NCBI GenBank assembly: GCA_964016885.1
Contig: OZ024745.1
Span: 109,430,001-109,494,000, forward strand
DNA: 64,000 nucleotides
Source of the DNA: Eledone cirrhosa
Lineage: Eukaryota
Reading direction: 5' to 3'
A program made the position numbers and the translations under genes. This document shows positions 1 to 17,366 of the stretch, in pieces. Position 1 is the stretch's first letter. Each line of letters starts with the position of its first letter. The notes under the pieces were generated by a model. That model saw only the letters and a list, made by a program, of their open reading frames with translations. It was not told the origin of the DNA and ran no database searches.

Positions 1-194
1 TAGTGGTAGTGGCAGTAATGGTTGTATAGGTGAAAGGAGTCACGGCTATGCTGTAAAGCTTGATACATTTGTTAGGTAGGACTGCATGTATTTGTGGGTG
101 GGAGTGTAGATAATAAAGGGTAGATGTAGCTGAAGTGGTGGGAATAGACGTGGATAGAATACTGCAAAAGATTTGAGCCTAGCTATATATATAG

Positions 195-630
195 GGTCTT
201 TGCATAACCATCTGTCAGTCGTTCAGTTGACCTTTTTGGTCCAGATCAAAGTTTTTCTCATCAGAGAAAATTCAACGCATTCCAAGCTCTTGATGTTTTT
301 ACCTGCCCAACAAGCACTTTGACTGGACAGGACAGTTTTCTTTTTTCTCTGCAGACATGAATTGGCCTCTCTGCATCACATATGACTTGTATTGAATGTC
401 CTCAAGTTCAATTTTTCTGATAGTATGCTTTGAAACCTTGAGCTCCTTAGCAATGGCACTAACTGACTTTCTGGATTTCTTATTGATAATTTTCTGCATC
501 TTTCATACATTTTGGGTGTTCTGATTGTATTAAGGCCCTTAGCAGGCATTTTACATTTGGCTACTGTTGTAGAGCCCCATCAGTGGTTTCCAGCTCTTTA
601 TGAACTTTGACAGCAAACGTCTGTGCTGTG
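195..630 (-). mobile_element. Tc1/mariner-superfamily transposase remnant (HTH plus first catalytic D motif), frameshifted
   Basis: ORF 299-499 reads KSVSAIAKELKVSKHTIRKI (HTH-like); further along the - strand FSDEKNFDLDQK...DRWLCKDP, the first-Asp motif of DDD/E transposases. Confidence 0.75.
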
Positions 631-644
631 AAAGCAAGCAAATC

Positions 645-885
645 ATAGAGTAATGGAAGATACCTGATAGAGTAGTGGAAGATAGCTGATGGAGTAATGG
701 AAGATAGCTGATAGAGTAATGGAAGATAGCTGATGGAGTAATGGAAGATAGCTGATAGAGTAATGGAAGATATCAGGAGTAATGGAAGATATCTGATGGA
801 GTAATGGAAGATATCTGATGGAGTAATGGAAGATATCTGATTGAATAATGGAAGATATCTGATGGAATAATGGAAGATATCTGCA
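645..885. repeat. 21-bp minisatellite (GATAGCTGATGGAGTAATGGAA-like), about 11 units
   Basis: Direct tandem units visible; accounts for the repetitive part of ORF 643-1143. Confidence 0.9.
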
Positions 886-964
886 GTGATAGAATGGGGA
901 AGGGTGGAATGGAGTAGTGTAGTGATGAAGGATGGAGAGTGGAATATGAAATGACTGACTCACA

Positions 965-1348
965 TCAGTCCGTCTATGAGAGATGATGGTGTAGCATCCA
1001 GAAATGTGTTCATCTGCACTTTTGTGAATGACTGAATAGTCCAATATACAAATGGCTGTCCCTACTGCATTTGTGGCAGATAAATGATGATACCTGTTAA
1101 GGCTGTTGTTGTCGATCCTTCCTTCTTGCGCTTTTGTCAGCAAGGTCCCTGTTCCTTATATGCTCTGCAGTCTGTACACCCTTTCTGACAATGAGGGACC
1201 AAGCTGCAATGTCAACTGTGCACCATTACCAGGGTTTGATGTTAATGTTGCACAGTTTCATGTCTTTCTTTTCAGACATCTTTGTAGCGTAGGCATGGCC
1301 ATCCTACTAATTCTGAAGCCTCAGTCAGTTCACCATACAATATGTCTT
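965..1348 (-). mobile_element. RTE LINE 3' fragment (ORF2 C-terminus with zinc finger and 3' UTR), degenerate
   Basis: - strand reads KDILYGELTEASELVGWPCLRYKDV*...DMKLCNINIKPW, then FICHKCSRDSHLYIGLFSHSQKCR*, typical of RTE C-termini. Confidence 0.8.
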
Positions 1349-1541
1349 CAGACCTGTCAACTCTCCCCATTCGACGGGGAGATCTCCTTCCCACTTTGGG
1401 GTGGGTGAGAAATATCTTCACTTGTGAAAATGGGTATAGCTTTCATTATGTAAAATCTCCCCATTTTGCCTCATTTCTCCCCGTTTTGGGGCACTTTTTT
1501 TCATGGTACTCCCTATTTAGGGTTTTAGAGGTTGGCAGGCC
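1349..1541. mobile_element. hAT-type MITE inserted into the RTE fragment
   Basis: TIRs CAGACCTGTCAAC / GTTGGCAGGCC; 8-bp direct repeat TATGTCTT at 1341-1348 and 1542-1549. Confidence 0.75.
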
Positions 1542-2381
1542 TATGTCTTTGTGAAATGATAGTGATGGAAAACAGAAAGACGTAACAGTAAAAGTGGAAT
1601 TTGAAATAATAGAAAGTCTATATTAAACAGTGTGTAATTTCCATGATGTTGTTATTGTTGTTTAACACCAGGTCAGCCTTGATTGAGTAGATCTATGTTC
1701 CAAGAAAACTCTGTTTACCTACGACTGTTTTATCTAAAACAGTTCCAAGGGTGTAATTTGATGGATATTTGATGGAGATTTGACTGCTATTTCATGTAGG
1801 TCAAGCACCCACAAAGACATTCCCTCCTTGGAGACTGGCTTATGCTGGCAATTTCTATAAGAAGTGAGGAGTGGCATGACTTACTTCTCCTTCAACGTTA
1901 GAGAGTAGATAGAAGTCTGTGGGGGAAAGTATTTTTTTCTTTTATTTCCTCACTGCCATCTTGTCACTACCCCCTTTGAGGGACAGGAGAGAGGTTAGTG
2001 TAGTTAGGTGGGTGGGAAAGCGTCTCTTTGTCTCCAACTAGTTAAAATAGATATACACTTAAACAGACACACATCTGTACACATACACATACAAACATAC
2101 AATATACATAACATACATGCTTTTACACACATGCATATAGAACAAACAAAGAAATGTTTACACATATATATATACACACACTTACAATGCAAATATAGAT
2201 GCTTACACACATACATATACATATCCACACACACACACCTACACACAACCACACAACACACTGATTACATCCATTCTGATATCACACACATGGCACACTC
2301 CCTTATAATAGCTGATGGGGGGGGGGCGGGAGGGGGTAGCTGTGGTGGAGGTCTCCCAGCTTTCCCTTCCCCCCCACCTTG

Positions 2382-2581
2382 NNNNNNNNNNNNNNNNNNN
2401 NNNNNNNNNNNNNNNNNNNNNNNNNNNNNNNNNNNNNNNNNNNNNNNNNNNNNNNNNNNNNNNNNNNNNNNNNNNNNNNNNNNNNNNNNNNNNNNNNNNN
2501 NNNNNNNNNNNNNNNNNNNNNNNNNNNNNNNNNNNNNNNNNNNNNNNNNNNNNNNNNNNNNNNNNNNNNNNNNNNNNNNNN
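2382..2581. other. Assembly gap (200 N)
   Basis: Run of n. Confidence 1.
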
Positions 2582-2800
2582 GGAGAGAGTGGGTGTGAGA
2601 GTGAGAGAGAGGGAGAGAGAGAGAGAGAGACGGGGTGTGGGAGAGAGTGGGTGTGAGAGTGAGAGAGAGGGAGAGAGAGAGAGATAGAGACGGGGAGTGG
2701 GAGAGAGTGGGTGTGAGAGAGAGGGAGAGAGGGAGAGAGAGAGAGAGACGGGGAGTGGGAGAGAGTGGATGTGAGAGAGAGGGAGAGAGAGACGGGGAAT

Positions 2801-2833
<33 letters not shown>

Positions 2834-2918
2834 GGGGAGTGGGAGAGAGTGGGTGTGAGAGTGAGAGAGAGGGAGAGAGAGAGAGAGAGACGGGGAGTGG
2901 CAGAGAGTGGGTGTGAGA

Positions 2919-2949
<31 letters not shown>

Positions 2950-3064
2950 AGAGACGGGGAGTGGGAGAGAGTGGGTGTGAGAGAGAGGGAGAGAGGGAGA
3001 GAGAGAGAGAGACGGGGAGTGGGAGAGAGTGGATGTGAGAGAGAGGGAGAGAGAGACGGGGAAT

Positions 3065-3101
<37 letters not shown>

Positions 3102-3180
3102 GGGGAGTGGGAGAGAGTGGGTGTGAGAGTGAGAGAGAGGGAGAGAGAGAGAGAGAGACGGGGAGTGGCAGAGAGTGGGT
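2582..3180. repeat. GA-rich compound minisatellite, unit about 55-60 bp (GACGGGGAGTGGGAGAGAGTGGGTGTGAGA..(GA)n)
   Basis: About ten recurring units with variable (GA)n. Confidence 0.9.
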
Positions 3181-3364
3181 GTTTTGTGGTTTTTTCTCTT
3201 TCTATTTGTTTGTTTATTTATATATTTGATGGTGATGATAGTGATGGTGATGATAGTGATGGTGATGATAGTGATGGTGATGATAGTGATGATAGTGATG
3301 ATGGTGGTGATGGTGATGGTGATGATATGATTTCTTAATATCAAACATCATAAGAATTATCGTT

Positions 3365-3500
3365 ATAATAATAATAATTGTTTCTACTTTTGGCACAAGG
3401 CCAGCAATTACCCAGTGCATTACTGGTACTTTATTTTATCGACCCCGTAAGGATGAAAGGCAAAGTTAACCTCGGCGGGATTTGAACTCAGACTGTAAAG
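3365..3500 (-). mobile_element. tRNA-headed SINE family C, partial
   Basis: TTGTTTCTACTTTTGGCACAAGGCCAGCAATT...TTATCGACCCCGTAAGGATGAAAGGCAAAG...GGGATTTGAACTCAG recurs at 9950-10130, 26345-26500, 37385-37840, 42650-42810, 51180-51355 (+), 60670-61112 and 61780-61990; B-box GAGTTCAAATCC on the - strand. Confidence 0.8.
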
Positions 3501-3652
3501 AAGAAGAAGAAGAAGAAGTAGAAACAGAAGTGCGAGGAATATATGATCCCAAGCCATTCCTCTCCCCCTTCCTATCTCTACTCACACCATCACCATTACT
3601 ATAATCACTTCGTCTTGGTAATATTTGCTTTTATTTTTGTCATTGTGAAGTT

Positions 3653-5660
<2,008 letters not shown>

Positions 5661-5801
5661 TTGATAAATCTAGGAGAGTGTACAAATATTTCTAACACCA
5701 CTTCAACTCCCCACCCACACACACATCTTTGTTCCTTCATTCCTACACCCCTCCCTCCTCTCAGACACACACCCAACTCCAATGGGCACACTTCTTTATC
5801 T

Positions 5802-5927
5802 CCCACCACCACCACCACCACCACCACCAGCACGACCACCACCAGCACCACCACCACCAGCACCACCACCACCGCCACCACCACCACCACCACCAACACC
5901 ACCACCACCACCACCACCACCACCACC

Positions 5928-5958
<31 letters not shown>

Positions 5959-6554
5959 GCACCAGCACCACCAGCACCACCACCACCACCACCACCAGCA
6001 CCACCACCACCAGCACCACCACCACCGCCACCACCACCACCACCACCAACACCACCAACACCACCACCACCACCACCAGCACCACCACCAGCACCACCAC
6101 TACCACCACCACCACTACCACCACCACCACCACCAGCACCACCACTACCACCACCACCACTACCACCACCACCACCACCACCACCACCACCACCACCAGC
6201 ACCACCACCAGCACCACCACTACCACCACCACCACCACCAGCACCACCACCACCAGCACCACCACCAGCACCACCAGCACCACCACCAGCACCACCACCA
6301 GCACCACCAGCACCAGCACCACCACCACCACCACCACCGCCACCACCAGCACCACCAGCACCACCACCACCACCACCACCACAAGCACCACCACCACCAC
6401 CACCACCAACGCCACCACCACCAGCACCACCACCACCACCACCATCACCACCACCACCACCACCACCACAAGCACCACCACCACCACCACCACCACCACC
6501 ACCAGCACCACCACCACCACCAGCACCACCACCAGCACCACCACCACCAACACC

Positions 6555-6585
<31 letters not shown>

Positions 6586-6599
6586 CCACCAGCACCACC

Positions 6600-6630
<31 letters not shown>

Positions 6631-6761
6631 CCACCACCACCACCACCACTACCACCACCACCACCACCACCACCACCACCAGCACCACCACCAGCACCAC
6701 CACCACCAACACCACCACCACCAACGCCACCACCACCAGCACCATCACCACCACCACCACC

Positions 6762-6792
<31 letters not shown>

Positions 6793-6923
6793 CCACCACC
6801 ACCAACGCCACCACCACCACCACCATCACCACCACCACCACCATCACCACCACCACCACCACCAGCACCACCACCACCACCAGCACCACCACCAGCACCA
6901 CCACCACCAACACCACCACCACC
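5802..6923. repeat. Imperfect (CAC)n trinucleotide array of about 1.1 kb
   Basis: ACC repeat with AGC/AAC/ACT variants; source of the poly-T/H/P/V ORFs. Confidence 0.97.
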
Positions 6924-7082
6924 ATAATTGTTATCTCTTGTTGCATTTCAAGGAAGTGCTTGGGCTTTAGCAGAGGCAAGGGTAGGGGCCGGGGCGTTTT
7001 GTTGGTTTCACATATGCAATAACTGTAAGCTTCTGTGAGTGTATGTATACTTGTGTGTGTGTTTGGGCTTGTCTGTGTGTGT

Positions 7083-7113
<31 letters not shown>

Positions 7114-7372
7114 CTTGTGTGTGTGTGTATGTGTGTTTCTATGTATGAATATATGTATGCATGCATAAAGCCTGTTTCCTGTAAGTAATTCTGTTACTAC
7201 CATCTCTGCCAACACCATCTCTGTACCACAATACTGCCAGCACCACCACCACCATCACCACCACGACTACCACCACCAACACCAATGACAACAACATCAA
7301 CATTATCACCACCACAATACCACTACTAACATCACCATTCCTTGTGGGTGGCAAGGGGAGGAGGGAAAATAT

Positions 7373-7403
<31 letters not shown>

Positions 7404-8403
7404 AAGGGATAAGATGGGACCCACCCCTTTCTTTTTCTGAGATCAATTAGTCCAGCTGGGCAAGCACACTCCTCTTCTTACCAGAAGCAACAAATCTGTT
7501 TTCACTCTCAAGTCAGTTGTCCCCTAATCAACCACAATAACAATAACAATAACAACAACAACAAGCAAGCGAGCAGCAACAAATGACCTTTGATTTACTA
7601 AGAAGTTAGAAAGGTAAAACAGCCTTCTCAGAAGATAATATGAATAGGTTGTGAGTATTTATTTCAACCCCTACAGAATCAGAAAGAAGCCAGCTTGAAG
7701 ATCACCTAAATGAGAGAAGGGGGGGGGGGGGGGTGAGGAAGAGAGAGAGAGGAAGAAAGAGGAAGGAGGCAGAGACAGTAAAAAAGGAAGGGAAAAAAGT
7801 TTAGAAAGAAAGACAAAGACTAAATAGAAATATCTCAACTCCTTTATCTTATAAATATGTATATATGTTTATATATATATATATATATATATATAAGTAA
7901 TAGACAAAATTAAAAGATATTTAATTAAAAACATATTTGGTAAAATTATAAAGTAGTGGTTTTGATTATGTATTCGTTCTCGTAGTGGTACCTGGCATTG
8001 CCTGAGTGCTAAATATGTTTACAAACATTTTTGGGGGCTTAAATTAAATTACTAAACTTATAGCAACCCTATACATAATTATGTAGCTCTTTATATATAC
8101 ACTGATAAACAAACATACACTTACAGTCTGGAGTGTTGTACACACTTACACATTTACATACATGTGCTTCACAATGAGAGTCAGAAGTAAAAGTACACAC
8201 AGTCACATAAAAACATGTAATATATGTATATATGAATCTATCCACATATCTATATAGACATATATGCACAATATCCAATATCCAATCATGTAATGTGTAT
8301 ATATGAAATCATGCACACACATTCACAAACATAGAAAATCAGAGATGAAAAAGATAGTGAGCGTAAGTGCATGTGTGTGTAATACACACATGCACACACA
8401 CAC

Positions 8404-8849
<446 letters not shown>

Positions 8850-9106
8850 TAAAGAGAGATTGAATGAGTAAGAAGAAAGACAGTTTGACATCACAAATAT
8901 ATTTTAGAATATTTCTGAATATTTTAAAAGTCTTTGTAAGTTAGCACACTTCTTACACTTCTCAACCATCTGTGTATATCTTCTTTCTTCTACTCTCATT
9001 ATATTAGAACTTTAAATCTTTTTACATCTCTTTCCTTGAATCCTCCCTGTTGTATCCAAAGGTTCATCAGACGTGTAATGTCTTTCTTTGGGATTATTCT
9101 GGGATG

Positions 9107-9460
9107 GTGAAGGCGCATGGCTTAGTGCTTAGAGCATTATGCTTGCAATCGGAAGGTTGTGAATTCGATTCTCAGACCAGGTGATGTGTTGTGTCCTTGA
9201 GCAAGACACTTTATTTCACGTTGCTCCACTTTACTCAGCTGTAGAAATGAGTTGCGACGTCACTGGTATCAAGCTGTATCGGCCATAGCCTTTCCCTTGG
9301 ACATCATCAGTGGCATAGAGAGAAGAGGCTGGTATGTATGGGCAACTGCAGGTTTTCCACAAACAACTTTGCCCAGACTTGTGCCTCAGAGGGAAACTTT
9401 CTAGGTGCAAATCCCGTGGACATTCATGACCGAAGGGAATCTTTACCGTACCTTTACCTA
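9107..9460 (+). mobile_element. tRNA-headed SINE family B (head and core as in A, different tail ending in TTTACC repeats)
   Basis: A-box TGGCTTAGTGC, B-box-like AATTCGATTC, core CCTTGAGCAAGACACTTTATTTCAC; other copies at 51702-52030 and 61113-61380 (-). Confidence 0.85.
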
Positions 9461-9949
9461 TTCTGGGATGAATCTAGATCTCTGTACCAATTTTTGTTAT
9501 GGTTCTTTTGGAAATGGCAATGTTGTTTGAAGGACAAACTGACAAACTTTCAGGCTTATCATAGAGAGGAGGAGAGAAAGACTAATTTATAATTTCACAC
9601 AACACAACACAAATATACCATAATTAGACAGATTAAAGAAAGACCTCATCAAAACACTCAAATACTATAAAGTTTACAATAACAATAATCACTAAACTTT
9701 ACATTGTAAACTTCAAAGATATCATTTCTGACCTTGGAAAAAACATATATTATCCATAAAAAGCATGTTTTAAACTAATGATAAAATATAATACATCAAT
9801 GTCAGTTATAACCTTATCAAAAATGCTAGCTTATGTCTGATCAATTCTTCATATATAATCTAAACTATAATAAAGGAAGGTCTGCGGGATTGCGTACGGT
9901 TTATTTTTTTTTATGCCGTTTGTAAAATAAGTTGGATTACTTTGAATAA

Positions 9950-10130
9950 ATAATTGTTTCTACTTTTGGCACAAGGCCAGCAATTATCAGTACATTACTG
10001 GTACTTTATTTTATCGACCCCGTAAGGATGAAAGGCAAAGTTAACCTTAGAGGGATTTGAACTCAGATCATAAAGGAACGTAACTATGCTGGAAAGCATG
10101 TCCGACCCTCTACCGATACTGCCAATTCAC
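9950..10130 (-). mobile_element. SINE family C
   Basis: High identity to 37460-37640; head TGGCAGTATCGGTAGAG on the - strand. Confidence 0.8.
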
Positions 10131-11223
10131 CTTACTTTGAATAAATAATGAATGCATATTACATAATTTATCTACTCAATTTCGTAAACAAATATAATTT
10201 CGTAAAATTAAATAATTTAAAATCTACTTCTTTTCAAATTTACACTTCCGGTATATCGTCGCCACCACTACTACTTCAACAAACCATATATATAGAAAGA
10301 GAGAGTGTGTGATGTCAACACTTTCGGTGGCGATCGCTTAAATAAACATACTAATTTTCTCCTAATGCAGTTTATATATAATATCGTCATTTTTAATGTA
10401 TCATGGATTACGTTACTGATTACATAAGACAGTGTAACGTAGTCTTCGTTCAATTTCTATGTATATTGTTATTTACGATTTTATTTGATGTATCATATCT
10501 ACATGTATATATACCTGCGTATAATATCAATATACACACTACACATGCTAGCAGAAAACCACCCGAAGCATTAGTACTTAGTGGCTTAAAATACAAAATA
10601 CACTATACATAGGTCCTCTCAATCAAGAAGCAATCCCTTGGCCCATCTGAGGGGTCAGTAACCCGTCTTGAGTACTGACTTAGTCTGTCAAGACCCATCC
10701 AACCCTTTCTAGCAGGAAAAACATACGTTTGATGATGATGGTGATGATGATATATATTACATGCATGTATATATATCTGCATGCTGTTCTTTGTAACATA
10801 TATATACACAAACTCACATATGTGTATATATGTGAAATTTAATACAACTATCTACATTAATGTTAATCCAAACAATAAAAAGGAGAAGCTGCTTCTACTG
10901 CTGCAAATGGTGATGATGATGATGATGATATTGGTGAGAATATTGCTGATGATGATGGTGATGGTGATCGTGATGATATTGGTGAGGATATTGCTGATGA
11001 TGATGGTGATGGTGATCGTGATGATGATCATATTGGTGGTGATGATGATGATGATCATGGTGGTGATGATGATGATTGTCATGATGGTGATGATGATGAT
11101 GATGATGATGAAACAAAAATATTGACATTGATGACAACAATGACAGCATCAACAAAGAATAACAAAAGGACAATTCCAATAAGGGTATTGGCAGTGGTGG
11201 TAGTGGTAGTAGTAGTGGTAATG

Positions 11224-11255
<32 letters not shown>

Positions 11256-11812
11256 TGTAGTAGTAGTGTTGGTGGTAGTGTGGTAGTGACAGTAGTAGTA
11301 GTAGTAGTAATAATAATAGTAGTAGTAGTGGTGGTGGAGGTAGTAGTAGTAGTTTTTGTTGTAGCGGTGGTAGTAGTAGTAATAGTAGTAGTAGTAGTAG
11401 TAGTAGTAGTCTCGGCATCTCTAAATATCTACTTGGTGTGATTGAAAAATTGCACGAACTGTGCAATAAAAAACAAACAAAAACAAACACACGCACAAAC
11501 AAAATCATCATAAACAGGTAAACAAACAAACAAACAATCACAACAACAGCATCAACAACAACGACAACAACAACAACAGCAACAACACCTACATAACAAA
11601 AAATATTGCCACCTCTAACAAAGGAAAGAATACAACAATGAGAAACAAAAATGGTCTCAACCTGCCAACTTGATTTTAAGTGAAGAGCTCTGTTAAAAAA
11701 AATAAGTCTCTTGTCTTTTTCTGTCTCGTTATTTAACATGTTTGTGTGTACGTTTGTTTGTTTGTCTGTATGTATATCTAAGTATATATATGTGTGTGTG
11801 TGTGGGGTCTAA

Positions 11813-11853
<41 letters not shown>

Positions 11854-12148
11854 TATAAGTATATATATATAAATATATGTATATATGTATATATATGTAT
11901 ATATGTATATATGTATATATATATGTATATATGTATATATATATGTATATATGTATATATATATGTATATATGTATGTATACATATATATATATATGTAT
12001 ATATGTGTATATATATGTATATATGTATGTATATATATATATATATGTATATATGTATATATATATATATGTATATATGTATGTATATATGTATATATAT
12101 ATGTATATATGTATATATATATGTATATGTATATATATATATAATATA

Positions 12149-12339
<191 letters not shown>

Positions 12340-12340
12340 G

Positions 12341-12444
<104 letters not shown>

Positions 12445-12470
12445 TGTATATACATATATGTATATATATG

Positions 12471-12546
<76 letters not shown>

Positions 12547-12631
12547 TGTATATACATATATGTATATATATGTATATATAAATATATGTATATATATATG
12601 TATATATGTATATATATAAATATATATATAC

Positions 12632-12671
<40 letters not shown>

Positions 12672-13663
12672 TTATACACATCTATGCACACACACACATG
12701 TATATATATATATTTATATATATATATAAATATATATACACTTACACACACACATACATATACACGCGCACATGTATTTAATTGTAAATATTGACACATA
12801 CACAGATATAATTCTCATACATACATATATCCATACATTCACATACATAAACACACACATACACACATACACACTTAATAAACACTCACAGCTGTATACA
12901 TGCACACTTCTGAACTAGGTGTACATGCATGCATGCATGCAAACAGATAAAATAAAATATGCTGAGCAGGGCTGATGACATATTACATTGTCTTGTCTTT
13001 GGGTGAAAGAAGAAGGCAAAGCACTTGGAAGATGGCAGACATTAGAAAAATTAGATTGTCTGTGACTATTCATGGCAAAAGGATTACAGAAATAGATTAA
13101 AAATAAACAAATAAAATAAAGTGAAAACACAAAAAAATATATGAAAAAAAAACAAATAAAATAAAGGGAAAAACAAAAACATATAAAATAAAATTAAACA
13201 AATAAAATAAAGTGAAAAACAAAAAAAATAAAAATAAAATATAAATAAACTAATAAATAAAGTGAAAAAATATATAAAATAAAAATAATAAAAAAAATGA
13301 GTTCGACGACAAGAACAACGACAACAACAACAACAATGATGGAAACTGCATCAATAACCACAACAGAAATGAAATATATAAAGCAAAAAAAAAAAAGTAC
13401 CAAAAAAGAAAAAGAAAACAAATTTTATGAATAAAAAAGTAAGAGTGATATAAAAAAAATAGGCAAAAAAAAAAGGAAAAGACATATTGTAGTTGGATTA
13501 AACATAAATTACTTAAGTGGTCGTCCAGAAAATGGCTGCGAGAAATAGATGAAAATGGTTTGGTCGTGAAATAACTTGCTAAGGAAATTGCTCTGTAGAA
13601 ATGGAGGGGCATTACTGACTTCTTTCTGCCAGGGCATATTTATATATGTGTTTGTGTATGTGC

Positions 13664-14035
<372 letters not shown>

Positions 14036-14058
14036 GTGTATATATATATATATATATG

Positions 14059-14131
<73 letters not shown>

Positions 14132-14300
14132 ATATATATATTTATGTATATAAAACACATGCGAGCATGGAAAAATGGACATGAAAAAAAGGATGATGAT
14201 GATGATTATTTATATGTTATTGTCCTCGATATATGTATATCTGTGTGGTGCATGTGTTCTTGTATGTTATATTGTGTTTGTTTTATTTGTTCATTGTTTT

Positions 14301-14401
<101 letters not shown>

Positions 14402-15626
14402 TATATACACATATTCACACACTATAGGAATGACACATGATGACTCCTTGCAGAATTGAAAAAAAATATATATTTTATGTGTTTTTCTCTGTGGTTTCTT
14501 TCCTATAACAGTTTGATAAACAGTGTTTCCCTATATTTATAAGTGGTATGAAAACAAGGTGATGGCTCAGTGATAGAGAATGAAATTTAAAGAACATTAA
14601 CACAATGTTTTGTGTTAGAGTTCCCCAAGCATTGAATTCAGAATAGTAAAACTTCTTCTATTTTGTATTATGGAAGGCAATAAGTGAAATGAGGATAGGT
14701 TTTATGATGACTCTATTTTCTAAAACCCACTCGTTTTGCTACCATTTCCAAAAAGTGATGATTGACACTCACCATCCCATGAACATATTCTTGATTAAAT
14801 AAACTCCCCAATGTGTTTTGAATCAATTTTAAAAATAACTAAGTATTTACAGGAATTTAGTGAAATAACAAACTCTTTCGTTATTAAGTCAGTATTCTGG
14901 GTGATGCTTAGAAACGATTATTGGAGTGTGACAAAGGACCTTGTCATTTTTAGTTACAACCTTTTACATTCTGAATTCAAATCCAACCTAGGTTGACTTT
15001 GCCTTTCATCTCTCAACCTTTGATATGCCTGTCAACCATTGGTTCCATATAATTGACGTCTTATGCCTTTGACACAACCAAAATGTCCTCCCTATTAATT
15101 CTTTGGCAAGTTTTCTATAACTGGATACTCTTCCTATCCTCAACATTACAAGGTATACTGGGTGTGTTTGTCATGGCACCAGCCCTAGAGATGTTGTCTG
15201 TGCTGTGATTGAAGGGTCCCCTCAACTATTCTTGGCATGGCTTCTACGACTGAATGCCATTCTCAACACTAACCACTTTCCTGAGTGTACTGGGTGTGTT
15301 TTACCATGGTACAAGCACTATGGAGGCAGCCATCATTGACTCAACTGAAGAAAATGGAAGCAAATGTTCTTAAAGGTGGCACTTGTATCTGCTGGTTGTC
15401 TATAATTTATAATAAACACTTGGCTTGCTTTAGATCAGTGCACTGAGCTTTCTTCATCTGTATTTAGTAGAGAATAGTACACCAATCAGTTTAGAATAGT
15501 ACACTGTATCCCTGTACATAACAGGAGACTAAAAAGTGCTTCTGATGACAGTCTTGACTCAAAAAGAGACCTCATTATAGACATGAAGCCTGTCATGGAG
15601 CTTGCAAGGTTCAACTCTACTGTAGT

Positions 15627-15796
15627 CAGTGCCGGATTTAGGACAACTAAAGCCCTATGCTAATTAATTTATGAGGCCCCTTACTTGGACTTTGAAGGAG
15701 ATAAAAAATTTGGGAGGCAGAAATATGGGCCCCCACTCCCTGGCCAATGAGGCCTTGTGCTTAAGCACACCTAAGCCAATGGTAAATCAGGCACTG
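15627..15796. mobile_element. hAT-type MITE, 170 bp
   Basis: TIRs CAGTGCCGGATTTA / TAAATCAGGCACTG; 8-bp TSD ACTGTAGT / ACTGTAGC. Confidence 0.85.
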
Positions 15797-15825
15797 ACTG
15801 TAGCACTGTAGCAGGGAAAATTAAC

Positions 15826-16091
15826 TTAACCCTTTTGATACCAAAACACATGAAACCATTTTGGATTCATGATACAAAACTCTTGATTTTGAAATATGCA
15901 TCCTTATATTAAAACCTTCCATCATAATTTGATTTAAGACATTTTTCTCAAGTAATGTTCTATGTATCAGTTTACCTATGAAAAAACCTAATTATTTTAT
16001 TAAATTTCTCCAAATGTTTGGTTATTTTTTCAAATTAATTGAACCACAGAGGCAGTTTATTTCCTTAGAAATATGTTAATGAAATTGTTAA
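15826..16091 (+). mobile_element. Old TTAA-flanked (piggyBac-like) MITE family 2
   Basis: Starts TTAACCCTTTTGATACC and ends ...GAAATTGTTAA; diverged relatives at about 16966-17140, 36021-36265 and 46215-46443. Confidence 0.55.
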
Positions 16092-16557
16092 AATGCTTGT
16101 TGTTGTTACTGAGTTGTATTTTGGCATTTTTATCACCTCATTTATCCTTTTACCTAGCAACATAAATAATGGGATAAGAGGAAAAAAACTGTAGAGAACT
16201 GAATTGTGTAGAAGCAAACATGGATCTCCATATTGAAATTGAATATCCTCTTCAAATGAGATGATATAATTGCCTCCTATCTATTTAACTTCTTTATGCG
16301 ATCATACTACCTGCTAGAGATAACAGCCAAATGTCTATCAGGGAAACGAAGCATAAGATAATGTAGCTTTATAAACCCACCAAAAAACAAAAATAAAAAA
16401 ACAGAATGGTTGGAATATTTTAAATAATAACAAACTTCTATTTGGATAAATCTAAGGTTAACCCTTTGAGTGAGACATGATCACCCGACCCAACTTGCCT
16501 CTAATGGGGCAAACCCGTCTAACCCATGCTAGCATGGAAAATGGATATTAAACGATA

Positions 16558-16593
<36 letters not shown>

Positions 16594-17366
16594 ACTCTGC
16601 ATTTCACAGTAAATGCTTTACCTCACATTATCTCACAAAATATCGAATCTATGAGATTTTGATATTTATTTTGATACCAATACCTTAACGTCAGTATGAG
16701 TGGCTGGTTATGGATGGGTTGTCAGTATGAGTGGCTGGTTATGGATGAGAGAATTCTGGCCAGATATGGCTGGTTTAAATGCTAAAGAGTTGAACAACAT
16801 CAAAAACAACTTTCCTTATATCCTCAAAATGGTATTGGTTATATGCCAAAAGAAAGGATGGTCACTACTAGAATACATTTGATCAAAAGTCTCTCCTATC
16901 TGAATTGTTGAGGCTGGGGCTCAACAACAACAGAGACTTCCCTTAAGTGCACCAAATGGTATTGCTAAACCTTTTTGATATGAAATTGTTTGAAACCACT
17001 CCTGGTTCTGTGATACAAAGCTCCTTATTTTAAAGTATTTATTCTTATCTAAAAAAATGTTCCCATCATAATTTTATGTAAGAATCTTTATGTTCCAAAC
17101 ATCAGCTTAATTATGAGGAAGTTAATTATATTACTAAAATCCCTTGAAATAGGAACCACTAGATGTTATGTCACAGTGTATCCTAATATCAATAAATTTA
17201 TATAATTTTGTTTTAAATGACACATTATTATTTGATAGTCATTGGGAACTAATTACTTTTCATATCAAAATACTGAAAGATATTACTCCACTGCCCACAT
17301 AATTTACACAATTATAATAATTTTTCAAAACTCCTTTCCCACTTAAAAAAAAAAATTACTACTACT

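Noticed and set aside
7430-7710. Possible - strand exon starting at a polypyrimidine-TTTAG acceptor near 7705
   Set aside because: No coding signal or donor site identified; needs transcript data
9015-9080. CTGATGA plus hairpin on the - strand (similar cases near 19052 and 43103)
   Set aside because: No correctly placed GAAA..UH
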